DNA from: Plasmodiophora brassicae
Lineage: Eukaryota
Assembly: GCA_036867785.1 (NCBI GenBank)
Contig: CP145409.1
Location: 1,364,001-1,428,000 of the forward strand
Direction of reading: 5' to 3'
DNA length: 64,000 nucleotides
Position numbers and translations under genes: made by a program. Of this stretch, positions 48,009 through 59,041 are shown piece by piece (the first letter of the stretch is position 1; every line of letters begins with the position of its first letter). The notes beneath the pieces are model-generated. The model saw only the letters and a program-made list of their open reading frames with translations. It did not search any database and was not told the DNA's origin.

Positions 48009-49460
48009 TCATGTGTACGTCGTGAAGAAGAGACGCGCCAGTTTGGTTCGCGATGTGTTGCGGATGGAGTAGGAGTTGCGGGCCGGGACGCAGAACGTGT
48101 CGCCCGGGCTGAGCTGGAACTCGGTCGTGTGCACCGTCACGAAGATGGCATTCCTTTCGCCGTGCGTCACGTGGAACACCTCGGGCCCGCCCGACAGCTC
48201 CTTGTACTTGACGCCTTGCGCGGGGATCTCAATAACACCGGCCGACATGCCATCGTAGTCGAACAGCTTGCAGGCAGTCGGAACCAGTTCCGCACGCTGC
48301 GGTTTGACGCCCGTCGGCACGGTCATCTGCATCCGAATCATCTCGTGGTCCGATGCACGCGCAGCCACGTGGCGCTTGCGCTCCTTGCCCCGAGCATCCA
48401 GGATCCACGACTCGCCTCGCAGCGCCACCATCGCTTCCTCATCGCTCTCTTCGTCATCCGCCTGAGTCGGCAACCAGAGCATTAGGCATTGGGCAGCACG
48501 CGCAATCGGACCCCGACCAACCCTGGACCCAGATGTTCGTTTCATGGTACGTGAGCGCTTGGGCGCTCGGCGCTTGACAGGCGGTTTATGTGGCGGCGTC
48601 GGAGCGAACTTGATCACGGCACACGACTTATCGACCGTGGGCAACCCGTGCGGGCCCCGGACGTAATTCAGCGTTTCGCCCTCGTAGTACTTCAAAGGAT
48701 TCACCCGCGTACGACCACTGCGACGAGGCCCGTCATCGTCATGGTCGTCATCGGCCGTGACGAGGCCCGTCCGTTTCGCCTCATCAACGAGCGCCAGCGT
48801 GGCCCTCCGCGATCGCTTCCTCTTCCTGGTGCTGGCATCCGTCGACTTCTTCTTGGCGACACTGCTGCCGCATGACGACGCCGTCGGCGGGGACTTACGT
48901 TTGACAGCGGCAACCGACGACGTTTCCTTCGACGGCTTTGCCGAGGTTGGGGCGAGCGACGAGCGACGACGTGGCGGTGGTTTCACAGGCGACGGCGCCA
49001 GGATCGGGCTGGCGGGCGCCGACTCCTCATTGTCATCGTCGTCGGCGGGTGCATGATCATCGTAGTCGTCGTCGAAAGGTGAATCGTTATGCAGAGGCGG
49101 GGAATCAACGGGCCTCTCGAACGATAAACGTTTGACGATTGGGGACGGCGGGTCCTGCGACGTGAGCGCCGTCGATGCGGGCGACGCCGGGAAGAGGGCA
49201 CTCAGACGGCGCGGGCCCGTGACGGGTGCAACGTTCTCCTCGTCGTCATCGTCGTCGGCCGGCCACGTCTTAGTGACATCGTCGAAGCCGTGCACGTCCT
49301 TCGTCGTGTTCATCGGCAGTTTCAGGCCCGTGTGCCGCCCGGTCAGCGAGAACAGACGCTGGGTCGGCTCGCGACCCGTTCCGACCCGTTTCAAGGCCTT
49401 GTTCTCGGGACGGTCCCGCCGGCTGACGACGGGGCCAGCCTCCCCGGCCAGTCGCGGCAT
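48009..49460 (-). CDS. CENPC: Centromere protein C / Mif2
   Basis: CENP-C motif PRRSGRTRVNPLKYYEGETLNY, disordered N-terminus, C-terminal cupin (AGVIEIPAQG..FHVTHG..LSPGDTFCVPARNSYSIRN..ARLFF). Probable in-frame intron near 48462-48530. Confidence 0.85.
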   Translation of the reverse strand: MPRLAGEAGPVVSRRDRPENKALKRVGTGREPTQRLFSLTGRHTGLKLPMNTTKDVHGFDDVTKTWPADDDDDEENVAPVTGPRRLSALFPASPASTALTSQDPPSPIVKRLSFERPVDSPPLHNDSPFDDDYDDHAPADDDDNEESAPASPILAPSPVKPPPRRRSSLAPTSAKPSKETSSVAAVKRKSPPTASSCGSSVAKKKSTDASTRKRKRSRRATLALVDEAKRTGLVTADDDHDDDGPRRSGRTRVNPLKYYEGETLNYVRGPHGLPTVDKSCAVIKFAPTPPHKPPVKRRAPKRSRTMKRTSGSRVGRGPIARAAQCLMLWLPTQADDEESDEEAMVALRGESWILDARGKERKRHVAARASDHEMIRMQMTVPTGVKPQRAELVPTACKLFDYDGMSAGVIEIPAQGVKYKELSGGPEVFHVTHGERNAIFVTVHTTEFQLSPGDTFCVPARNSYSIRNTSRTKLARLFFTTYT

Positions 49461-49681
49461 CGTCGCCGGTCCCCGACCAGCTCCGTTCAAATCGGACGCC
49501 CCACGAGGCCGACGCCGGCGCGACTTTTTTGCGCCCTCCGACAAAAAAAGCAGCGACCGCTGTCGACTGCTGCAGTGTGGCGCGCGCGCGCGCTCGCCAC
49601 TACTTTTTTGGTGCTGCTGCAGCAATTGGAACAACAAGAGGCGCGGGGAACATAGCAGCCGAGTGCACAGTATGATATAAA

Positions 49682-50275
49682 TCACCGTTCGTTGTTTAAC
49701 CGCACGTCGTCATTGACCTGGGAGATGATTTGCGCAACGGCGCTGTTGTCGTCGTCCTCATCGTCGTCGGTCGTACTGATGTCGTCGGAGTCGGGGGCCA
49801 GGTCCGGGCTGGCCGTCGCGGGGTCCATAGCTAATGACGCCATCAGGCGTTCAACCTGGTTGTCTTCGGGGATGACTGGCGAAGTCATACGAGCCCGCAC
49901 GTCATTCGCGTGACCGCTCGACAGCGCAAGGTCGTCCGCAACCGAGCGTAGTAGGTCGTCGACGTTGCCACTGCTGCTGCTGTTGTTGTTGTTGTTGTTG
50001 CAATCATGAGCGGATGTCGCGATCGGCGCGGCGTTTACAGCTTCAGCGCTGAGGACGCCTACCTCGATAAACGTTACCGATCGTAATGACACGTTAGACC
50101 GCGCGGGTTGTACACACCTAGAGCCCGCAGACGGCGGTCCCGTTCTTCGGGGCGGACAGGAGCGGGGCCGGGCGCGCGCAAACCCTGAAGACGCTCATGT
50201 ATACTGTTGCCCGACTGAAGCTCTGCAAGGCGGGCCGACAAGGCGCGCCACGATGCATCCTCGTCGTCTGCCATC
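49682..50275 (-). CDS. Hypothetical acidic protein (2 exons)
   Basis: MADDEDASWRALSARLAELQ.. exon followed by a 136-aa ORF with poly-N and acidic tracts. Confidence 0.45.
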
Positions 50276-50770
50276 ACACCGCACCGCTGGCGCTTCACCT
50301 CGCCGGCGTCATCACGCACACGCGGCGCGCTCCCGGAATAGTACACCGGGGGCCTCCCCTTTCCGACCGACGACGACGTTGGAGTTAGACGTCTCCGCAT
50401 GAGACGGAGAGCTCAGGCACGGTCAACACTCTCATTGCAATTGCCTGGCAATGGCAATCTGGTCCACAGCCATTCCTCGCGTCGTTCCGCGCGCTTGATC
50501 GCGTTGATGCCAGCGGTGACCACAATGCGGATCTGCAGGAGCGAGGCCTGCGCCAATCCTGGCCGTCCTTGTGGTCGAGGTCTGCACAGTCGCGGGCCGG
50601 CGGCCGTCGACGGGTGCCCCCAGCGCGGCGACGGACCTGTTTTGCAGCCCGACAGTGATGGCCCGGTGGAGTGGTCCCGCCGCCGGCGACGCCGCACTTT
50701 GCCGCCCCCCAAAACGTGGCGGGGACGTCGCTCGGCAGTGCCCCCCCTTTGCGCGTTCGCCGTCAACGTC

Positions 50771-53243
50771 ATGGCCGTCGGTGCGTCTGTCGACTATGCC
50801 GTCCGGGACGGCGTCGCCGTGCTCTCCGTGACGAACCCGCCCGTCAATGCGCTGTCGTCGCGCGTCTTCGCCGACCTGGCCGCCGCTGTCCAGCGCGCCA
50901 ACGCCGACCCCGCTGTTCGCGCCATTGTCATCTGCGGCGCCGGGTCGACGTTCCCAGCTGGGGCCGACATCAGCGAGTTCCCCGCCCTTGTCAAGGGTAC
51001 GAACACGTACGAGAATGGGCAAACCTGGGCCTGATTCGGATTACTGCAGCCCTGAAATCTGGAAGTGACGTCGACCTGAACGTGACGCCCAACCTGATCG
51101 AAGCGTCGCCGAAGCTGGTCGTTGCCGCCGTCCACGGTACGGCGCTGGGTGGCGGCCTGGAAGTCGCCCTGGCTTGCCATCTGCGTGTGGCGCTGCCGAC
51201 GGCCAAGTTCGGCTTGCCAGAGGTGCAGTTGGGCCTGTGCCCGGGCGCCGGCGGCACACAGCGCCTGCCGCGTCTGATTGGCGTTCCGGACGCGCTGCCC
51301 ATGATCACAACAGGGCGCATGCTGCCGGCACCTGTCGCGCTCAAGAAGGGGCTGATCGACCATGTCGTCCAGGGCAAGACCCGCGACGACCTGCTGCGTG
51401 CCGCCATTGTCATTGCGCGCGACTCCAAGATCGACGTTGCATCGCGACGCGTCAGTGCCTGGCCCGTCGTCCCGACCATGCCGTCGTCGGTCTGGGATGG
51501 TGCTCGCGCCATGGCGGCCAGGGCGGCGCGCGGGTTCCTTGCCCCACAGCAGTGCATTGCGGCCGTCGAGGCTGCCGCCACGCTGCCCAACTTCAAGGCC
51601 GGCCTGCAGGCCGAATCCAAGAGTACGAATCGCAATGATGGACCACGGTCGAGAGCGCCGAACTGACTGGGTTGACCACGCCACAGTATTCAAGCAACTG
51701 CTCCTGGGCAGCCAGTCGCGTGCCCAGCAGCACGTGTTCTTCGCGCAGCGCGCCGTCAGTCTGGTGCCCGGTGTCGACATGCGCAAGGCGATCAAGGTCA
51801 AGAAGGTCGGCATTATCGGGGCGGGAACCATGGGCGGCGGTATAGCCATGTGCTTCATCGAGGCATGCCAATCTGCTCTGTACGCCGCTTGTTTGTAGGT
51901 CGTGACCGACAGGTTCGTAGGTCGGCGTTCCCGTCGTCCTGGTCGATGCCAAGCAGGAGTTCCTTGACAAGGGCATCGCCGTCATCAAGTCGAACTATCA
52001 GTCGGCGGTGTCGAGGCGGCGCCTGCCGGCGGCGACCATGCAGAAGTACGTGTCGCTGCTGACGCCCTCGTTGGACTACGCGGCTCTAGCCGACTGCGAC
52101 GTCGTCATCGAGGCCGTCTTCGAGGAGATGAGCATCAAGAAGGCCGTGCTGAAACGCCTCGACGAGGTCTGCAAGCCGTCCGCCGTTCTCTGCACGAACA
52201 CGTCGACGCTGTCGATCGACGAGATCGCCAACGTGACGTCGCGGCCGGCCTCCGTCGTTGGGGCCCACTTCTTCTCGCCAGCCAACAAGATGAAACTGCT
52301 GGAGAACGTTCGCGGGTCGGCGTCGTCCGAGGTGGCCATCGCCACCGTCATGCAGATGGGCAAACAAATCAAGAAAGTCGGCGTTCTGGTGGGCAACTGC
52401 TTCGGCTTCGTTGGCAATCGTCTGCTGGAGCCGTACGGCCGCGAGGCGGCCTACCTAGTCGAGGAAGGCGCGGCGGTCGGCCAGGTCACTCACCTGTTGC
52501 GCATCCGATGCTGTTGCGTTTGTTGAAACGGGCGACGCTGTGCAGGTGGACGGCGTCCTGTTCAAGTTCGGCATGCCGATGGGCCCGTTCTCGATGGGAG
52601 ACCTGGCCGGCAACGACATTCCCCTGAAGATTCGCAAGTCGCTGGGGTTGCTGGATCCGAAGACGCGCCCGAAAGGCGAACGGTACCACGGCGCCCTTGG
52701 GGATCGGCTCTGCGACATGGGCCGCCTGGGCATGAAGGTCGGCAAGGGATGGTACGACTACGGCCCGGGTCGCAAGCGCGGTCCATCGGCGGAGGTCAGC
52801 GCCATGATCGCTGCGTATCGTAAGGAGGCGGACATCCCGCAGCGATCGAATATTTCGGACGAGGAGATCCTCGAGCGCTGCGTCTACCCGCTGATCAATG
52901 AGGGATTCCGGTGCCTGGAGGAGGGCATCGCCCTGAAACCATCCGACATCGATATCGTCTGGGTCTACGGGTACGGCTGGCCCGCCTACCGTGGCGGGCC
53001 GATGTACTACGCCGACGAGATCGGCCTCGGAACGGTTCTGGCGGGCCTGAACAAGTACAGCAGCATCCACAGGTACGTCTGTCGTGTGCGCTGGACAGGT
53101 TCCTGCAGGTTGACACGAATCCCAGGAACGTGTCACACTGGAAACCGTCGAAACTGCTGGTGCAGTTGGTTGAACAGAAGACGACGGTCGCGGCGTACTG
53201 GGCGGCCAAGTCCAAGTCGAGCAAGGGCAAATCCAAGCTGTAG
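50771..53243 (+). CDS. Peroxisomal bifunctional enoyl-CoA hydratase / 3-hydroxyacyl-CoA dehydrogenase (EHHADH/MFP-like)
   Basis: [94 protein letters not shown]-terminal PTS1 SKL*. Confidence 0.95.
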
Positions 53244-53601
53244 TTGCTGTGTGGAACCTGGCTCTCCATCACCAGCGTCGCCTATACCGACAATAAAATA
53301 ACGGACGCATTCGGGCTGTCCCCTTGTCATATCCCCCCTTGTCATCCTGGGCTGGACGCCGGATACGTCTCAGCCCACCAATTGGTTCCGATACATGTTA
53401 CGGACGATCGTCGATAGGGCGATGTCGTCAGTGCCCACGACGCATCGTGCACTATCGTGCGGATGCAGTGGTGGACGAACATGGAAGCGGTCGGGCTCTG
53501 TGTCTCACGACGCATCATGTACTCATGTGATAGACAGGCGGACCATCATCCCGATCGTCAATGCCGCTGCTGCCGGAACAGGCGGTTCCCGTACGCGACG
53601 C

Positions 53602-54495
53602 CTACCGCTGTCGTGTACGTTTCATTGTGAAGGGCGGGTTCGCAACGTCGAATTCGACGGAGCGGCCGCGCGTTGATGCCATGTAGGCGCCCTTGATGTA
53701 GGTGCCCTTGGCGCCGGACGGTTTCGCATCCTGGACGACTTGGATGAAGTGCCTGCCCCACGATAGACGGCAGTCAGTGGCAATGCAAGCCGTCGTCACG
53801 GCCGACGTACAAGAGGTTCTTCTCGATATCGCCCTCGGTGAACGACGTCTGGGCAACTGGGGCGTGCACGACGCCACCCTTGTCGGCCCGGAACTGGACC
53901 TGGCCCTGCTTGGCGTTCCGGACGGCAGCAGCGATATCGGTGGCGACCGTGCCGGATTTCACCGACGGCATCAGGCCACGTGGGCCCAGGATCCGGGCGA
54001 CGCGACCGACCATGCCGACCATGTCGGGCGTGGCCAGGCACCGATCGAAATCGATGGTCCCTCCGGAGATCTGCTCGATCAGATCGGCGTCGCCGACGAG
54101 GTCGGCCCCGGCCTCGCGCGCCGCTTCCGCCTGATCGCCACGAGCGAACACGGCAACGCGAAACGTTTTACCCAGCGATACGGGCAGGACGGCCGATCCA
54201 CGAACGCCTACCGCACACCGATCAGCGCATTACGACAGGCGGTGGGCGCGCGCCCGCTGATCTCCTACTTTGGTTGGGCTTGCGAGGATCGACGTTGAGG
54301 CGGATGGCGACGTTGATGGTTTGCGGCGCGCAGGACACGTCGCAGTGCTTGACCTGGGGTGCCCGGTCAGCGACAGACGGTCGGTGCCATCCGGTCAGCA
54401 CGCCGGACCCCGGGCCATACCTGTTTAATGCCATCGGCGATGGGCAGTACGCCGCTGGTCGATAGGAACCGGCGGCAAGGTGTCGCCCTCCACAT
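53602..54495 (-). CDS. Ribosomal protein uL1, bacterial type, probably mitochondrial (multi-exon)
   Basis: Presequence-like MWRATPCRRFLST; LNVDPRKPNQ|VRG, VAVFARGDQAEAAREAGAD, ATPDM..VGRVARILGPRGLMP, KPSGAKGTYIK. Confidence 0.9.
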
Positions 54496-54698
54496 GCTGC
54501 GCCGGCGCGATGATGCGGAGTGCGACAGCGACGCACCCCCCTGGCACGGTATGGTGCACATCGGGAGGGAGGAAGCCGCACCTGGCAAGGTACGTGCCGT
54601 CGTGGTGCCCTGTCACGACCCACATGGAAGGAACCGTCGATACTGGCATTTTATGGTAAACAGGGGAAGAACATAGCCTGCGGATCAGGGGGCACTAT

Positions 54699-55688
54699 CT
54701 AGTCCTTCTTCGTGGTCTTTGACCGGGCGAATCCGTAGTACAGGATCTGCGACGTCAAGACGCCGTTGAGGACGAATGCGAGGACAAAGTCGCCCAGGAC
54801 TGTGCCGATAACGTGCCATGTCAGATAGACGGTGACGTAGTGCACCGGGCGTTGCACCGACCGATCCAGCTGAAAGCGCCCGGGTCGCCGAACGTCGTCC
54901 CGATGCGCGCCAGGTTGCCCAGCCATTGCAACCCTTGCGTAATCAGGGACAGCTGACCAGTGCCCCGGTTCTGGCATCAGGCGGCACTGTCAGCGATGAA
55001 CACGTTTCCATGCGGCAGTGCATGCGAACCTTGAAGTTGGCCACGATTTGCGGCAATTTCGCAACGCAGAAGACGGCGGGCGACGTCTGGCGCAGCAGGT
55101 GCAGGTGCGAATCGGCGACAATGTCGGCGCCGAGAGCGAATGCTAACCCGGCTAGGGCGGCGCTTCCCGCGACTAAACTAGAGAGGCGGCGACCCTTGGA
55201 TAACGTCCAGATCAGCAGGAGGATAACGATATCTGCAGAAGGTCAGCAGGTGCGCAGAACGTCGACGACGCGCGTGAGGTACTTTGCAGCAGGATGAACA
55301 CGCCTTCGCCGAACGAGCTGAACGGCATTCCCGTTCGTACTGCAAACGCAATGTTCACAATGTACCTACACGGGACATACGACGGCGCATGAGCACGTGG
55401 CAGACATCGTTGGCGACAGGCCCAAGGGCAAACGTACGCGTAGCATTCCAGCGCGTACATGGCGGGCGACAGGCCCTGGGCGGTGCCGCTCTGGAGGATC
55501 TTGACGATCTGCGGCAGCTTGAGGATCGTGGAGAACGTGATCAACGCGAACCCGATCAGCTTGCTGGCCGCGATCGTCAGGCAGCGCCGATCCGTCCACT
55601 GCCGCTGCTCAATGACCGCGCTGTAGCAGGACCCGGGCAGCAGGCCGGCGCGGCGCGCCACCTGCCCGACCGTGCGGACGACGTCCAT
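54699..55688 (-). CDS. MPDU1: Mannose-P-dolichol utilization defect 1 (PQ-loop) protein (multi-exon)
   Basis: SKLIGFALITFSTILKLPQIVKILQSGTAQGLS, PFSSFGE, second PQ loop KLPQIVANFK, LNGVLTSQILYYG, and a dilysine-like tail KTTKKD. Confidence 0.85.
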
Positions 55689-55773
55689 GGACGACGCTGG
55701 GGACGATCTCCGTGAACAATCCGCAGTCGCCCGAGCGGACAATGATGTTTGTGTAACAACCAGCCTGTCGAGT

Positions 55774-55948
55774 GTCGACTCGCTCTGCAGCTGCGCCTGT
55801 CGGCTCGCTCTGCAGCTGCGCCTGTCGACTCGCTCTGCAGCTGCGCCTGTCGACTCGCTCTGCAGCTGCGCCTGTCGACTCGCTCTGCAGCTGCGCCTGT
55901 CGACTCGCTCTGCAGCTGCGCCTGTCGACTCGCTCTGCAGCTTCGCCT
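55774..55948. repeat. 25-bp minisatellite, 7 copies
   Basis: Unit GTCGACTCGCTCTGCAGCTGCGCCT, head-to-tail with no spacers; two single-base variants. Confidence 0.97.
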
Positions 55949-56101
55949 GTCCGGCAGCTGCACGCTGCAAACGACCCTGACGTGCGTGCGTGCGGGAACT
56001 GCAATCTGCAGCCTGATTTGTATGACTGGCCGGACGTAGCACGTACGTAAAGAGCATCCGCGGGTCGGCGCGCGGTCGCCGACTGCAGGATGTGACGCTC
56101 G

Positions 56102-57642
56102 CTACGGCGCTGCGAGGCGTAGCGATGCGGCAATGCCGGGATGGTGGAACAGGTTCGCCAGGTCCAGAGGCGTCCTGCCCAGGAGGTCGACGGCGTTGAC
56201 GTCGATACCGGGCATGTTCAGCAGCAGCTGGACGACGGCGCCGTGACCCGCAACGATGGCCAAGTGCAGCGGGGTGCTGTGGAAGGCCTGGTCGCGCGCG
56301 CCGAGGTCAATGCCGGGCACCTGCAGCAACGCCCTGACCATCGGGACGTTTCCGCGCTGTGCGGCCCTGTGGAGAGGCGTTAACATGTAATGTGTGTCCC
56401 TGACATTGACGCTGATGCCGGGCGTGCTCAGCAGCAGCTCGAAGACGGCGTGGTGCTGGCGCGCCGTCGCAATGAGCAGCGGCGTCATGTGCAGGAGGTC
56501 GCACGCGTTGATGTCGACTCCAGGGACGCCGACCAGGATGTTCACGACGCCCGTACGTCCTCGGAACGCCGCCCGATGCAACGGCGTCCAGTGGCGCCTG
56601 TCGCACGGGCTGACCTCGATCCCGGGCATCTGGAGCAGCAACTCGACGACGTCGCCGTGTCCGGCATGAGCAGCAACATGCAGCGGCGTCGAGCCATCGT
56701 TGTCGCGGGAGTTGACCGCGATCTTCGGGGCTTTAAGCAGCAAACCGACGACAGCGACGTTACCTGCATATGCGGCACAATGCAGTGGCGTCGCCTGCAT
56801 ATTGTTGGGCGCATTGACGTCGATATCTGGGACGTCCAGCAGCGTTTCGACAATGTCGGCGTGCCCGGTAGCGGCGGCAGCATGCAGAGGCGTCGCCTGG
56901 GTCTCGTTCCGTGCGTTGGCGTCGATACCGGAAACATTCAGCAACAGGTCGACAATGAATCCGTTACCATCGAACGCGGCCCAGTGCAACACGTTGCCGA
57001 ACTCGTTCCATCGCGCATTGTTGAGGAGGTCGGCCTTGCCTGCAGAGAAAGCGGCATCGCCAGTGAATGCGATGCCTTGGATCGCTTCGACAATGTTCCG
57101 CTGCTCGTCCGTGTGTGCCATCCGAGCCAGGCCTGCGATGCCAGGGATATGGGCTACCACCAGCCGGAGAGCGTTCATGTACAGCATCTCGCGCATTGCA
57201 GATAGGTCGCTTCTCGTGCGCGCCATACTCGCAATGGCCACCAGGAGCGCGTGTATGTCGAGGAAATCGGCGGCTGCCATCAGGCGGCACTGTGCCGCCA
57301 GCGTCATCGGGCTGACCTTGTCGTGGACCCACTGGGTGGCAGGGCCGTGCTGCTGTACGTACGAACATCAGCGGTTGGTGGGACACTAACGATTCATGCC
57401 CATACACTGTCGTTTACGACCGTGTGCACGAACTCCACGATCAGCTTCAGTTCTTCACCTGCGATGTTGGGCACGCGAACAGGTGTGTGGCAGCTGTCCT
57501 CGACCAGGTCGCGCAGCACCTTGGAGTGGACCTTGGCAAAAGAATCGTTGACGGTGAGGTCGACAGAGTCGCTGGAGCGGAGAATGATGCCAATAGTGGG
57601 TGCAATCAAGAGGGGGACCACGATCAGGGATAACGGCGCCAT
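56102..57642 (-). CDS. Secreted Skp1/BTB-like + ankyrin-repeat protein (2 exons)
   Basis: Signal peptide MAPLSLIVVPLLIAPTIG; Skp1/POZ-like IILRSSD..SKVLRDLVED..VPNIAGEELKLIVEF. Intron 57353-57405 keeps the frame into LMAAADFLDI..LL, followed by about 9 ankyrin repeats (TPLH.AA). Confidence 0.9.
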
Positions 57643-57949
57643 GACACTGCAGTGTCCGCCGGGCCGCATGTCTTGTTCGTGAACGTCGTTCCGTCGGGGT
57701 GTACCCAACTTGTCGCAACGACGCAACCGGCCAACTTGTCGTAACGTCCGCGAGACTGGTCCGGCAGGGCCTTGTTTTGCGGCCTGTCCCGCGCCCCCTG
57801 CGGCATCATCACATCGGGCCCGTTGATGACGACCACAGTTAAGAGTAACCCAGAGTGCGTCTGGTGTAATGTCCAGTGTCGCGAATGGAGCATTTCGTGT
57901 TCCGGTTCGGTATGATATATACCCACACCGACGTTCAAGGCCACCTACT

Positions 57950-58560
57950 CGAGCTGGATACTGCAAAGCAACCCAACGATGTACGGATGCGCAACAAAGG
58001 TAGCCACATCCAGTGTTATCTTCAGGTGAAGATCGCCGTCGGCATCGATAACGGTTCTATTAGAAGTGCCGGCCAGCAGCTGTTGGGCAACTTTAGCATG
58101 TTCCTGGATGGCTGCCAAGTGCCAATGCAGTGGCGTTCTTTGGAGATGGACGCGCGCGGAAAGTCACGTTGAACTCCGGGGCAACAGTATATATCGAGAT
58201 CAGACCCCATCTCGACAAGGTGGTAGTGTCCATGGCTGGTGGCCTCGCGCGGGGAACCCACCGGTTCGTCGATAGGCCTTAAGTGCCCCTGGCTTCGAGC
58301 GAGCGATTTATGGACGTTGGAGGCACTGCCGCGATTGACAGGTTCGCACTCGCCTGAACAGGGTGCGTTGACGTCAATCAAGAGGGCGTTCATTTAGCAG
58401 CATGCGAACGGCCAGGTTGGCCACAGGGGTCGCCGCGCAGTGAAACGGCGTGCTCTGGTTGTTGTCATGCAATTTTGACGTCACGGTACTGCAGCCGATT
58501 AATGGGGCTGCCAAAGTGGAGGATGTCCGGGCTGATGGGCACGTCGAACACGACCATCAC
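57950..58560 (-). pseudogene. Decayed ankyrin-repeat gene fragment
   Basis: The minus strand reads NNQSTPFHCAA..NLAVRMLL, then IDVNA in another frame, with stops and frameshifts. Confidence 0.55.
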
Positions 58561-58642
58561 GTGTGTGACGTGACGTCCTGAACAGATAGATTGCTCTGTC
58601 AAATCCAAACAGCAGCAAAAATACAGAGCACGACAGTACTAG

Positions 58643-58714
58643 GGGCCCTTCCGCGAATCGAACGCGGGACCATTCCGACCCTAACGGAATATTATGCCAC
58701 TAAACCAAAGGGCC
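58643..58714 (-). tRNA. tRNA-Pro (anticodon AGG)
   Basis: GGCCCTT/AAGGGCC acceptor stem, TGGTTTAGTGG D-arm, TTCCG-TTAGGGT-CGGAA anticodon arm, CCGCG-TTCGATT-CGCGG T-arm; 72 nt. Confidence 0.95.
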
Positions 58715-59041
58715 CGACTGAGGGGGAGGCGAGCCAAAATGTCATTCGACGGCGTTGGAGGCGTTGTATGGTCCCCTCATGGCCAGTTGAAATACAGATA
58801 TAATCACCGGCCCGGAGCAAAGTGCACTTGAACATATATTATTGTAGGGACTCTACAATACGCCTTATGCTATGCGACCTTGACGACATGGTGGAGACGA
58901 GCCAGTAGCCACTGATCGAAGTGGCCGAGAGGGTTTCGGCCTGGGAGAGATCCACGACGCCGACGAAGTATGTACATAGATTGTCAGTCGGACAAGGTCG
59001 CTTGTTCCACACGTTCAATACGAGCAAGACGACTTGAAGCA

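Noticed and set aside
55774-55948. CRISPR-like array
   Set aside because: The units are head-to-tail with no unique spacers, there are no cas genes, and the context is eukaryotic.
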